Part shown: piece after piece, positions 14,768-27,980 of the stretch
Layout: each line of letters starts with the position of its first letter
Position numbering within the stretch: the stretch's first letter is position 1
Origin: Octopus sinensis
Lineage: Eukaryota
Assembly: GCF_006345805.1 (NCBI RefSeq)
Contig: NC_043006.1
Span: 12,710,001-12,774,000 of the forward strand
DNA length: 64,000 nt
Direction: 5' to 3'
Made by a program: the position numbers and the translations under genes
The notes under the pieces: model-generated
Databases searched by the model: none
Told to the model about the DNA's origin: nothing
Seen by the model: only the letters and a program-made list of their open reading frames with translations

Positions 14768-15360
14768 ATACATATATACAGCTGTACGAATGTGTGCATG
14801 TTTATATATATGAATGCATACATGTATCAGAGGAGGGTGAAAACAGCGTGTAAAATGACTGTCCAATCTATGACGTCATAATGACATCCAGAGAACCGTT
14901 CCATCAGTTGTATTTGAGCTACTACATATATATAAAGTGCTTATATCGCGAGGTATGAATAAGTAGATTCAAAGTCAAAGAATGGAGTAATATATATATA
15001 TATGTATATTTCAAGATTTTACTTTTCATATGTCACATACTACAGAGAGTTGCGTCACTAAAAGCAAAGGTGTGTGTGTGTGAGTACACATTTGTGTAGC
15101 GTGTGTTTGTGTGTGAGTGTGTGTGACCATGTGTATGCGCGTACGTTACGTGTACATATGGGAGTATGTACGCGTAACGTAGCATGTGCTCGCGTGCGTG
15201 CAGTTGTACAATCGATCTCATTTGAATGCGTACACGGTTATAACTTTCTACCTGTTTATATATAATAACCACCTTCACATGAGAATTTCTTTTATTTTTA
15301 TATCAGCTTTAGAATGTCACACAATTCGTTGCGAGTATACAGACACAGAAAAACACACAG

Positions 15361-15391
<31 letters not shown>

Positions 15392-15808
15392 TATACATAT
15401 ATAAATATATATATCTGTGCGTTTTTATATATATATGTACGTATATGTATACACACACACATATAAATATAAACATATATGTGTATGCACCCAGTATAGA
15501 ATGATACAGGGAGAGAGAGAGAGAGTGAGATGGGAGGGAGAAGGAGGGAGGGAGAGAGAGAGAGATGGAGAGAGAAACATTGAGATAGAGAAACAGACGA
15601 AACAATATGGGGACCTTCTTTTCTTTACAATTTTTGTTTGCAGTTAACGGATTATGGAATTTCTTACTTCCAGAATCCAAGTTGAGTTATGTGGAGATTA
15701 TCTTAAGCATGTTAACATATATACATATGTACATCTATATATGCGCATATATAAATATACATACACGCACATATATATATGCGCATATATAAATATACAT
15801 ACACGCAC

Positions 15809-15839
<31 letters not shown>

Positions 15840-16379
15840 CATACGCATTCATACATATACGTTGGCGTTCTGATTATACGATGCGATGATTTTGCATACA
15901 TAAAGCTTGCAACATTACAGGTTTCTTTAAGTGTATTTATTTTATACTCCTACTCGCTCTCTTGTCGAGTTCTCACCTAGGAATAAACCCTACGTTTGCT
16001 TTTGTTTTTTGTTTTTTTGTTTACTTACAGTTGCGTTAGTGAAATCAATGTATATCGGTGATAGAAAAGAAGAAAGTGTAACAATGATACAAATATAGGT
16101 TTCGAATACAATTCACGACGCTTTTTATGAACACGAACATCATTATCAATCTCTTATGCTTATCAAAATACCATCGCAAATCCGTTTACTAAAATCAACG
16201 GAAGACTATTAATCTTTTTACCACGTATCGCCACGGAAATTAAAACAAAAGCGTCGTAGCTATGGATGCAGGGTAGATATATGTTGATGGTCATGGAGTT
16301 AGCTATGGTCATAGAGATGCTGATGGAATCCTATGTTGTTCTGTGTGTGGAGATGTTTTCATTGCATAGCAAGAAGCTG

Positions 16380-16787
16380 CAGCGTGCTAGCAGAAACGTT
16401 AGCACGCTGGGCGAAATGCTTAGCGGTATTTCGTCTGCCGTTACGTTCTGAGTTCAAATTCCGCCGAGGTCGACTTTACCTGTCATCCTTTCGGGGTCGA
16501 TTAAATAAGTACCAGTTACGTACTGGGGTCGATGTAATCGACTTAATCTGTTTGTCTGTCCTTGTTCGTTCTGCGTTTAGCTCCTTGTGGGTAGTAAAGA
16601 AATAGGTATTTCGTATGCCGCTACGTTCTGAGTTCAAATTCCGCCGAGGTCGACTTTGCCCTTCATCCTTTCGGGGTCGATTAAATATGTACCAGTTACG
16701 CACTGCGGTCGATATAGTCGAGTTAACCCCTATGTCTGTTCTTGTTTGTCCCCTCTATGTTTAGGCCCCTGTGGTCAATAAAGAAAT
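16380..16787 (+). mobile_element. SINE family B head-to-tail dimer (period about 180 bp)
   Basis: The second unit restarts at aaatag|gtatttcgt. TSD aagaagctg is at 16371-16379 and 16788-16796. Confidence 0.85.
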
Positions 16788-17039
16788 AAGAAGCTGTATT
16801 TTATGATCAGTGATCATGACTTGTCATCAAAATTAGTGTCCTAAACATCTTTAAAATGTTAAAAATTTCTGCACTTATTGAAATCTAAATCCTCAACTTA
16901 ATGCTTTTATCCTCTACATAATGTCTTTATCTAGTTAATTTTATCGAAAATAGTTCGCCCCGAATGGTAAAAAAAAAAAAAGAAAAAAAGAAAAGTCTTC
17001 CTCCGCATTTAAGGGTACGAAATTATATGGTGGTGTTAT

Positions 17040-17362
17040 TAAAGTCAATCTACGGTCATGAATAACCATAGCATTGCACCTAGAAAGTTAACTTTCGGGG
17101 CACAGGTTCGGGCAAGGTTGTTTATGGAAGACCAGTAGTCAGCCATGCGTATCATGTATCCCCCCTCCACGCCACCGATGTTATCCAAGGGACGACATCT
17201 TGGCGCTAGTGACACTGCAACTTATTTCTACAGCTGAGTGAACTGGAGGACCGTGAAATTCAGTGTCTTGCTAAAGAACACAGCATACAGCCCGGTTCGG
17301 AAATCGAACTCACTACCTCATGATTGAGAGCCCAACGCCCTACCCACTAAGCCATGTGTCTT
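17040..17362 (-). mobile_element. Diverged CORE-type SINE with different tail
   Basis: Contains gtgtcttgctaaagaacacagc...gaaatcgaactcactacctcatgattgagagcccaacgccctacccactaagccatg. Confidence 0.65.
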
Positions 17363-17930
17363 TATTATGACACAGAAAACAATATTCTCGTAGTTAAGAG
17401 AAAGGGTTGAGTCATGTGTAGAGAAGGTCATGCCTTTGTGATTGACATTAACTTATTAACTGACAGAAAAAATAGAAACTCGGAGTCAATGAGGAAACGT
17501 ATAGGTAACCATACAACGACTTGGAAATAGCAGCTATATCTCATCTCAGTACACACAGTAGTATAGCGAAAATCGAAGGCATGCTTTCGATGATGTAGTC
17601 CTAGACAAAGAACAACATAAAATAGTCACAACTTGAAATCCTTTGGCCATAGATTTCTCGTTTAAGGTCGACCTGAGACTACACACAACATAAAATAGAA
17701 ACATTACACTGAAAATTATATATTTACATGACCATTTATCTTTTATATAAATACGATTCGAACACAAGAACTCCATAACGTTGCGCCAAACACATGTAGG
17801 ATAATGAGTTTCACAAGGTATTGAACATAATGAAAAACGTTGAATTTTTTTTTAATATTTAAAAAACATTTACGGAGATGTACTTGCATAGCGAGTGACT
17901 TGATCTGAGATCGTGTGTTGGAACGAAAAC

Positions 17931-18135
17931 AATTGCAGCGTGGAAGGTGTTTATAAGCCATTTAAGAAACACACAAAAAACCGTTAGATTCACTTAGCAC
18001 GAAGTTTTGTCAGTGAACCGGTCGCGGTCTCAAAGCGACGAAAATATTTTGACAAATCAAATTTAAATGTTGAAGTGAATCTAACGGTTTTTTGTGTTTC
18101 ATAAATGGCTTATAAACACCTTCCACGCTGCAATT
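17931..18135. mobile_element. Hairpin/MITE-like element with about 65-bp inverted arms
   Basis: 17931-17995 is the near-perfect reverse complement of 18073-18135, with a 77-bp spacer. Confidence 0.75.
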
Positions 18136-20383
18136 GATTTAAAAAACAGTGTTATAAATTTACAAAATTTCGATGTTTAGACGGAAACGTTACAGTGTAC
18201 GATATTCTATTGGAGACCTCATAGTACTCAATGTTTTTATATCTTTTTATATTTTGTCATAATAGTTATCCAGGGTGGCATTATTTTCTCCCCCTTCTCA
18301 GTGTTTCTTCCTCTATCACTAACAACTGTTAAATATCCTTCTCGCTGTCTATAGACTTGTCTATAGCAGATAAGAACAGCAAACTTGGTTACGCCGTAAT
18401 ATTCGAACACACACATTATAAAAGCATAATAATCCTCCCAACTGTTGGCACAAGGCCCAAAATTTGGGGGGAGGGGTTCAAGACCTGCGAAAAGGTTATG
18501 CTAATGTTTTCAAGTTGACATTTACAGGACTATGGAAAGTGATTAGTGGAAGGGGTTGCAGATGGGTATAATAGGTGTGACAAGTGGGAAGACAAGAGAG
18601 AGAGAAAGAAAGCGAATGAGAAGAACCCGATGGCAGGGAAGGAAGAGAAGAAAAAAAGAAATTTGGAAATTCTAAACCAGTTTTCATTCCTGGGCATAAA
18701 TCTTCATTATAAGATTCTGCTGCATCTTTTTGTTTCTGCTGATAATTTTACGATATCTGCCATTTCCAAAGTACATGTCAATATAAGTGATGCGTATTTC
18801 CAGATTTTATTTATTTATTTATTCGTTCACATTTTATTTTTTCGTTTGTATTTTGTATTTATTACTGACAATTTTATGAGGAGGACAACTATTTACACTA
18901 TCTTACTAAATTGAATTTCTATTTCTGAAAACAAGTAAATCTTTCAAACCCGTCCAGTTTCCCCCCTTATTCCTGTGCTTTATACGCCTTTTTCTTTTCT
19001 GTTCCTTCTGTTAATTTAATTCCACGATTTAATTTATTCCGTTTATTATTTTTCTAAGTTCCAAGGTAAATGCTTTAAGCTGCTGCCTCAAAGATTGTTA
19101 GAGAATTCGCTTTCTTTCAAGAATCCAATGCCCGAAGTAATATTTCGTCGGAGATTGTCGTACTGGGTTTTATTTTCAGTTTCTCGTGAATTTTACAAGT
19201 ATTTCTTCCCATAAAGGTGAGAGATGAGAAATTGAGAAAATTGTGAGCTTGTGAAAAACTCATTTAGCCCTCCTACAACATTCTTAGTTCAATATTGCTA
19301 GGATCCACTTTGCCTTTGATAACTTCACGATCAATAAAAACAAGTCCTATAAATATATTGGAATCGATAAGCTTAACTTTTGGCCTTCTCACAAGATTTA
19401 GATTGTGCCCTTCGAAACAAAATCAATATTTCTATCTAGAAACTCATTGATCTGGCTAAAATGTTGGAGTATGGGATTAAAAACATTACAGAATTTTTCG
19501 TAATCTCACCCACATTTTGTGTTCAAATCCTCTCGTAGCTAACTATTCCTTGATCGGTAGCTTAAATGCCACTAATGCACTGAGGGTGATCGAATCGTTT
19601 ATAGTTTCTTTTGTCTCTCGTCTAACATCTGGGTTCAAATCGAACCAGGACCCTCACTGCTAGTATATTGCATTTGATTCATTCGATAATTTCGCTTTCG
19701 TTGAGAAATCAGTTCATGCCTCGGCCAAATGAAATACATCATTACTTGACATCATATATTAATATTTTCCAAAATCAAATAGCTCAGGCAGTGCAAGCAC
19801 AACTGGGAATATGCAATTTTCATATGATAGATACAATGTTTTGAAAAGTAAAAATATTTTGTGGAAAATATTTTCTGTAGATTTTGTGTCTTCAGTTTCA
19901 TATTAAAATTGAAAAGATGAATTCGTCAAATAAATATCTCCTCTCTGTCCTAGAAAACAATGTCAGAGTCAAAATATCCCTTTTAAATAAAGCTGTAAAA
20001 TTAATTCTGTTTCGTATTTTTCATTCTCTAAACATTGTTCATAGTAAATGCGAGTATTTGTACAATCCCCGATTTAAAGTCAGCTTTACAACAATGTTGC
20101 ATTACGTAGTCGACTTTATCATTCATCCTTTCGGGGTCAATAAATTAAGTACCACTAAAGTACTGGGGTCGATGTAATCAACTAGGCCCCTCCTCCCAAA
20201 TTTCACTGCATGTGCCTCTAGTAGAAAGGATTATTATTATTGTTGCTCTTATTATTACTGGTTATTATTACTGCTGCTGTTGTTGCTTGGCCCAAAACCA
20301 ACCTAGATCAAGTCAAAATATGATCCCCTATCTGTGATTATATCGTCCACTCTTCGTCTTTCATGATATCTGAAATTAATTTG

Positions 20384-20795
20384 GGATCTTTTCGGTTTGA
20401 ACGGCCTTTTTTTCTAGCGGTGTCATATGAAATTGTCTCCCATAATTATGACCCTAGTATCGATCTATTGCATTTCAATCTGTTTTAGGGTTAGGGGTGA
20501 GGGGAAGGGTACCTTTTTTCTTCAGAAATGTAAATAAACCCAATCTGTTTCTTAAACGAGGGACATATTCATACGGCACAGAATGTTTTCACCGCAATAG
20601 ACGTCAGTGATTGGTTGAAATTGCAGAAATTGAAGAAAGAAAACAACAAATATCTTAGAAACTATAGAATTTTCTCAATAAAGCCAAGAGAAAAAGATGT
20701 TTTATAAACACACTCTACTAGTATACGAAGTTTAAAAGTATTTAGTTACGTGGAAATTATTTTTAAAAAAACTGCCGTTCAAACCGAAAAGATCC
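20384..20795. mobile_element. MITE with GG-starting TIRs and 8-bp TSD (Merlin-like)
   Basis: TIRs ggatcttttcggtttgaacggc and gccgttcaaaccgaaaagatcc. Flanks ttaatttg and ctaatttg match 7/8. Confidence 0.8.
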
Positions 20796-21544
20796 CTAAT
20801 TTGACTAATGTATAATTCTGCTTCTGAGAATATAATATGAAGTTTGGAGAAAAATTTGGCTGCGGTTTCTAGAAAACCAAGTGACCGCATAGCCTATCTC
20901 GTCATCCGAACACTTTCTTATGCAACAGGCTTGTAAAAAGCCTCATCCATTGATTACCACTGAACTCATCCTCTCTTAACATTCACTACTATCATCATAC
21001 ACCGATTATCGCAGCTGACGTGCAAGTCTTTCATTCGATAATATTATCAAAGTTTTATTTCCTATATCAATGCTATGAATATTTTTAAGAAAGTCAGTCA
21101 AGACAGTCAAATTTAATCGATACTAATAGCTCAACTACATTACTTGAAATTGGTTCAATGTATTAAGAGACCTCCTGTTGATAAATTCTTAACACTACTT
21201 TGTAATATTCCACTACTACGTGCTGCTGTTCTTCTTCGACGAATCAACTTCGCTTTGCTTTAATATTTATCGCCCGAAACACGGTATAAATACTCAATCA
21301 TTTGCTAATTATTATACAACATTTCGGGTTTCTTATTAAAAGCATGTGTCTTGACAAATATCATACATTTTGTTAAAGGCTAACGTGTAATTATGTAAAA
21401 TGGCATATCTTTAACGTTGTAATATTGGAGAAAGACATGCCAATAAATGTGTGTGTATATGTACTTCTGTATGTGTTTATACATATATATTTATATATAT
21501 AAACTAAGATATCTCGATAAATAAGCGTATAGACATATATAAAC

Positions 21545-21585
<41 letters not shown>

Positions 21586-21702
21586 GTGTGTGTGTGTGTG
21601 TGTGTGTGTGTGTATCCATTTATCTGTCCATCTGTTTATCAGTCTATATAACTATCAAACTATCTGTTTCTCTTCCACCTTTACCAGCCCCTCTAGCACT
21701 CT

Positions 21703-21968
21703 ATGGCCCAGTGGTTAGGGCAGCGGACTCGCGGTTGTAGGATCGTTGTGAGTGTTTATTGAGCGAAAACACCTAAATCTTCAGGAGGCTCCGGCGGGGG
21801 TGGTGATCCCTGCTGTACTCTTTCGCCACAACATTCTCTCACTCTTTCTTCTGTTGGCCTGCTCGCTTAGCCAGCGGGGTGGCGTCATTTGAAGGCAAAA
21901 ACAATGCGAAGCGCATTGTGACCAGCGATGTATACCAACATCTGATAGCCTGGTCGGTCACGGAGACG

Positions 21969-21972
<4 letters not shown>
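21703..21972 (+). mobile_element. SINE family C subfamily copy with deleted B-box region
   Basis: Matches 41965-42266 with an internal deletion after ggatcg. Confidence 0.8.
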
Positions 21973-22012
<40 letters not shown>

Positions 22013-22521
22013 ATATATACATATATATACATATATATGCATGAACATACATATATGTGCAAGTCATTTTAGTATGCAGATCTTATAGCTACAAGAACAT
22101 GTAATGGAATAAATGTGTGTGTGTGTGTGTATATGTGTGTGTGTTTGTGTGTATGTGTTTGTATGTACGTACATTGAAATATGCACATACATACAAATAT
22201 ATATGTGTGCACTTGTGCGGCTTAGGAATGTTAAACAGATTTCGGTACTCTTCCGAATATTAATTCTGCTTTTATAGTTTACGACTGTTAACAGCTAAGA
22301 TCTTTCTTCCATAATGAAACACTACCTATCCTTCATCACCAACTTTGAATTCATAACAATAAAATTTCTTAATATGATACCGTGGTGATATTATTTGACC
22401 AATCTATTAGATCTTATAAGTGCAACAGACCTCATAGATCTAAGACTGATTTTGTATTCTATTGCGATGAGTTTTTCGAGATAGTTACAAAGGTGACAGG
22501 TGCTTAAAATGGACATCGTAC

Positions 22522-22578
22522 TTTAGATAGAAATATTTGGCCTGTGTCTCAAACTTAACGTTGTTGAGAAATAATACA
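22522..22578 (-). CDS. Possible internal coding exon (57 nt, phase 2 to 2): VLFLNNVKFETQAKYFYL
   Basis: Acceptor aatttaatattgcag|T, moderate donor AAA|gtacga. One frame is open and phase-compatible with both neighbouring candidate exons. Confidence 0.3.
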
Positions 22579-22784
22579 CTGCAATATTAAATTTGTATTA
22601 CATATCTATGACATGTCTCTATTTTTGCGCTTCGTAGTATGACGTGGTTTCTGTAAGATGCTTGGTGAGGAAGGTACTATTCCGTCAATTGGTCAGCAAG
22701 CCATTTTTAACGTCTAACAGAAGGAAACGAAACTTCAGCACACGTAGTCGTAGATAGTCATGAAAGATTGTCATGATCAATATT

Positions 22785-23551
22785 CTTTTCTACTCTAGGC
22801 ACAAGACACGAACTTTTGGGGGAGTGGGACTGTCGATTAGATCGACACCTTTACACAACAGGTATTTAATTTATCGATCTTGAAAGGATGAAAGGCAAAC
22901 TCGACCTCGGCGGAATTTGAACTCAGAACGTAGAGACAGACGAAATACCTATTTCTTTACCACCCACAAGGGGCTAAACACAGAGAGGACAAACAAGGAC
23001 AAACAAACGGATTAAGTCGATTATATCGACCCCAGTGCGTAACTAGTACTTAATTTATCGACCCCGAATGGATGAAAGGCAAAGTCGACTTCGGCGGAAT
23101 TTGAACTCAGAACGTAGAGACAGACGAAATACCTATTTCTTTACCACCCACAAGGGGCTAAACACAGAGAGGACAAACAAGGACAAACAAACAGATTAAG
23201 TCGATTATATCGACCCCAGTGCGTAAATGGTACTTAATTTATCGACCCCGAAAGGATGAAAGGCAAAGTCGACCTCGGCGGAATTTGAACTCAGAACGTA
23301 GCGGCAGACGAAATACCTATTTCTTTACTACCCACAAGGGGATAAACACAGAGAGGACAAACAAGGACAGACAAACAGATTAAGTCGATTATATCGACCC
23401 CAGTGCGTAACTAGTTCTTAATTTATCGACCCTGAAAGGATGAAAGGCAAAGTCGACCTCGGCGGAATTTGAACTCAGAACGTAGAGACAGACGAAATAC
23501 CGCTAAGCATTTTGCCCGGCGTGCTAACGTTTCTACCAGCACGCCGCCTTT
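22785..23551 (-). mobile_element. SINE family B tandem tetramer (184-bp period)
   Basis: ggatgaaaggc recurs at 22886, 23070, 23254 and 23438. TSD ttgtcatgatca(a/g)tatt is at 22768-22784 and 23552-23568. Confidence 0.9.
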
Positions 23552-24154
23552 TTGTCATGATCAGTATTGAAATACCTTTTGTCATAGATCAGTCCTATAA
23601 GGAAACGACATTTCAAACACTACAGTCGCAGATACCCATAAGAATTCGGGAAAGTCACGGATAGAATGCCTTTGATCACAGGTCTGTTTGATAAGGAAAT
23701 GAAGTTTTACATAAGAAAATCACAGAAAACCATGCAGAACGTGAAGGTCGAGAATGGAATGCTTTTGATCATAAGCCTCATCCGATTGAGTTGATTTGGC
23801 GGTTAACAAAAACATGAAAAACTGAACAAGTTGGCCACAGAAGGATTGCTTTTGACCGAAGCATTGTTCAAAGCTGACCCGAAACTAAAACAAAACCAGC
23901 AGCAACGTAAACAGCAACATAATTTCAACAGCAGGTATAAGAACAGCCAGGGCGTTAGCAACAGTAATCATTTATTGAGCTCTACAGTTGTAAAGTGACA
24001 TTTTCTTATGATAGGAAAAACGAGAACATAAAATTGCTTTAAAAACTAACAAATGCATTTATCAATAATCAGCTATCTCGAACGCTAATGTGTACACACA
24101 CACACACACACACACATATATTTATGCGTGGATATATATATATATATATATATA

Positions 24155-24225
<71 letters not shown>

Positions 24226-24237
24226 TATATATGTATA

Positions 24238-24269
<32 letters not shown>

Positions 24270-25719
24270 GCTTTCAAATATAGCCGAATGTGAATTTGTT
24301 GTGATTGCATGTGTGAAATGCATATGTGTGTGAGTGCTTTCACATATGCATATGAGATTGCGTATGTGTGTGTGTGTGTGCGTGTGCATTTCTTTTTATG
24401 TGTTTGTGCATGAGTGCGCGTGTGTATGTGAATGTGCCTGCGCGCGCGCGTGTATTATTCCATTTACTTCGTTCTCAAGTATCTCCATTCTTTTACATCC
24501 ATTTTAAACTTACATCTGTAAGGAAATATGCGCAGATTTACATAAGTGATTATGGATGCGCGTGGGTGTGCTGCGTCAATGTTTATGATATACATTCAGT
24601 GAGGTAATTCCAACATGACCTGACTTCATGCAAGCATTAAATATCCTGGCTGGTATGTATGCGTGCGTGCCTCCAAGAATCTATAAATCTATAATCACCA
24701 AGTGTGGATGTTTCTAGATTCTCCATGATCATAATATATAATTATACTCATTGATAACATTATGCCTCTCCCGTGAGTGTAAGAAGAGGTGAAAACGGCA
24801 CTTGACCTGCACAGTGTAGTAGGCTGAGATTTATTCCAGTATGTTTCGATGAAGGATTCTCCTCACGAACACGGTTTCCGCTTTGTCATCGCAGAACCGA
24901 GCAAAGAACACGAATGATAGGCAAAGATATTTAAACAAAATGGTTGACGAGAAATACTTAAGAAGAACGTACTTTCTCCCTGCTGAATAGAAATAATGGC
25001 GGGTATCGTTATTTGTGATGTATTATTTGTCATATGTATGTAACTGTTCGAATATTTGATTTAGAAGGATTATTCTATGTGTGTTTATAACCTAAAACTA
25101 ACAGGTATGGAAAATAATTTCAGTAACATCAGTTGGTTGGATTATTTTGACAACAGAGATAAAGAGTCTTCAGAGAAACTACTTTTTTAAAAAAGATAAT
25201 TGTTGAAAAGAACAGAGAGGTCTCTTTTGTCATTAGGCCTGCTCAGTGGAATATAACTTATTCATGCATTCACACATGCATATAAGCATACAGAGACATA
25301 CACGCTCATAGGCATTGAAACACACACACACACACACACACAAACATATATTCCCACATACATATATGTATCATCTGTGTGCGATTGTGTGTATGTGTGT
25401 AGGGGGTTTGTGTGTGTTTGTTACTGTGTCAAGTTATGTATAAAAATAATTTTACTTAAACCTGAAATATTGCACAATGCATTTTAGTAGCATACATATT
25501 TATTCCTATTAATTGGTGCATGGAAAATTATTGACAGTGATTTGGAAGCTTCGGCTTTGCTCGCTGTCATGAATCTGATGAGAGCCAGCTAGCTCTAAAC
25601 TTTGATGTCACTGTTGTCTTTTACCTGATAAAAACCAATATATGTATTTATATATATATATATGTATGGGAGATAGGTACGTATATATACGTATGGTATG
25701 CATAGATAGGTCTGTGTAC

Positions 25720-25759
<40 letters not shown>

Positions 25760-25806
25760 TATATATATATGCATGCATGTATCGGTTACACACACATACA
25801 CTCATT

Positions 25807-25867
<61 letters not shown>

Positions 25868-27232
25868 TAATTAAAGTGGCTAGACGCAATGTTAACCAAT
25901 AAGGAAATCATTTTTCATCACTAAAGGACCACAAGTGCAGTGGGCATCGGCACTAGCTTTTAAGCTACAAGAAGCACATGTTCCATATTAATGTGTATTG
26001 ATGTGCATTTAGGGAATTTAGGGAAGAATTTAGTGATGCAATAATAAAATATCAACTATATGTCTGAAGGAAGAACCCAGATATTTTCATGGATAGTTAT
26101 CAGGCTGGAGTCTTCTTCATGTAATATAATCAGTGGAATAAATTCAACCAGTTAGAATTATCCAAAGAATTAGTAGCAAAAACCTCCTGTAGGTGTGTCT
26201 AAAATCTAAGAACAAAAACGTTTCTTAAAAAAATGTGGTCTGGATGATGAGCAAATACTATAAAACGGGCATTTTAAAATGAGAACTCTATATAGAAACT
26301 AGAAAGGAAATATATAATCGTATTTTCTCATAGTAAATTTAATAAATCTTCAAAATTAAATAAAATAAAGTGGCTATGCTTTTGTCATAATAACTTTATA
26401 AATATGATTAAATATATAATGTCTTTTTGCTTCAACGGCAACCATTTATTTTTGAAGATATATTCGACTTGTCTGCATTAGTTCGTTCTAGACTCTAAAA
26501 TGAATATTTATTTCTCATCATACTATTTGACATATTAGTTGTTTTTATTTCTTTCGAGCAACCAACAGACCGTCTTAAATCGCCATTTTCAAAATGCGTA
26601 TATAGTATATTCTTTTGCTTTGGGTGATGTCATTTTTCACAATGTTTTACAAAGATAAGTTATTGATTAAAACAAGAAACTTATGCTATGTATTTACTCT
26701 AACGAAGATTCTTAATGTTATATCAAATTTCTTTCAAACATAAAATAGTTATGTTAAACTAGCAGTATCCATGGAAATTCTACGGTTATTTTGAAAATCG
26801 TAAGATGAATTATAAATTTTCTGATACATTTGATTGTTGAGATTGTGTGTGTTTGTAGAATATAAATATTACAACTAGCGCCGTTTCACGTGTACGTGTA
26901 TATTATATATATCGCATAATCCGGGATTTTAATTTAAACCTGCTTCAAGAGTATTTATTTAATTCTAGAGATCATTCACACGAATGAATGGGTAATTTAA
27001 GAATGAATACGCCATTAATAGATGTTTTGTTTACTGATTTCTATACGAGAACAGCTTGGTTCAGGAGATTGGAAGTACTTATCGTAAAAGAAACCAAACA
27101 ACCAAGTCAAGTTACACAACGTGTTCGGCGATACACCAGCGTTTTGATGGAAGCCGTGTATTTGTAGTAAACATGACTCCTTAGCAAATTTTAATTCGAC
27201 TACAATGCTAGAAATAATCTATTTTAAACATA

Positions 27233-27370
27233 ACAATTGTTCCAGTAGTAGTTGCGGTGCTTGGAACAGAACGTAAACTGATACCTAAAAAGCTGAATTA
27301 TATCGGGATCGAGGCATATTTTCCACAGGCAGCAAAGTGCCATAAACATCTTAATGAGATACACACGGAT
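27233..27370 (+). mobile_element. Relic of restriction-like-endonuclease LINE C-terminus (R4/NeSL/HERO-like)
   Basis: IVPVVVAVLGTERKLIPKKLNYIGI resembles the conserved xxPIVVGALGxxPKxLxxxLxxLGI motif. Confidence 0.5.
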
Positions 27371-27736
27371 AGAATAGTGATCCCAGTACAATACCTTAAA
27401 GGTCACTGCATAGAATCGATCTTCCTCGGAGACAACAGTCACTTGGCTCCTATCTGTCTGTCAGTCTATCTATCAACCTTTCTATTCACGTATTTACTTT
27501 TTCCTCTCCCTCTCTCTCTACGTACACACACACACACATACATATTCATGCATATATATATTCATACCCCTATACCCACAGTTGACACAGGTAGAGTAGA
27601 AGAGTTAGTCGTCTGTTACGTAGATAGGTGTATGTATGTAAGAGACGGGGGTATATATGTGTATATGCACATGTATGTAAGCATATGGATATGAAAATAA
27701 ACAGATCAAAATACAGACGGACACTACTATATATAT

Positions 27737-27772
<36 letters not shown>

Positions 27773-27774
27773 AA

Positions 27775-27980
27775 GTTAATCCAAACAAGAAAACATAAAA
27801 AACACAACAACGCGAGGACGTGGAACAAATATAGTATTATTGGACGCTCAGGAAAGAAGGGAAGAAGGAGGGTTTAACGTTTCGAGCGGAGCTCTTCGTC
27901 GAAAACATAGGAGAAGGAAAGATCCAGAGGAGGGAAGACAGAGGGAAAAAAATCGCCAACGGTACACACGAGGTCACAGA
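27775..27980 (-). mobile_element. PLE pLTR-like fragment adjacent to (TA)n, with hammerhead-like fold
   Basis: On the minus strand: GTTT TCGACGA A GAGC tcc GCTC GAAAC GTT AAAC. Confidence 0.6.

Noticed and set aside
14872-14940. CRE palindrome TGACGTCA followed by TATATAAAG
   Set aside because: TATA-like strings are ubiquitous here and there is no downstream exon support.
15644-15680. Plus-strand acceptor followed by LTDYGISYFQNP, resembling the DYG motif of LRRK/ROCO kinases
   Set aside because: The only usable donor (AA|gttgag) is poor, a stop follows immediately, and I found no other kinase subdomain exons.
18907-18924. 18-nt microexon with good splice signals
   Set aside because: In phase 2 it would create TAG if joined to the 3786 exon. 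Random matches of this size are common.
22785-23551. Regular repeat array resembling CRISPR
   Set aside because: These are whole 184-bp SINE units with no unique spacers, in a eukaryotic context with no cas genes.
25566-25612. SECIS-like ATGA..AAA..GATG
   Set aside because: The spacing is incompatible with SECIS helix II geometry.
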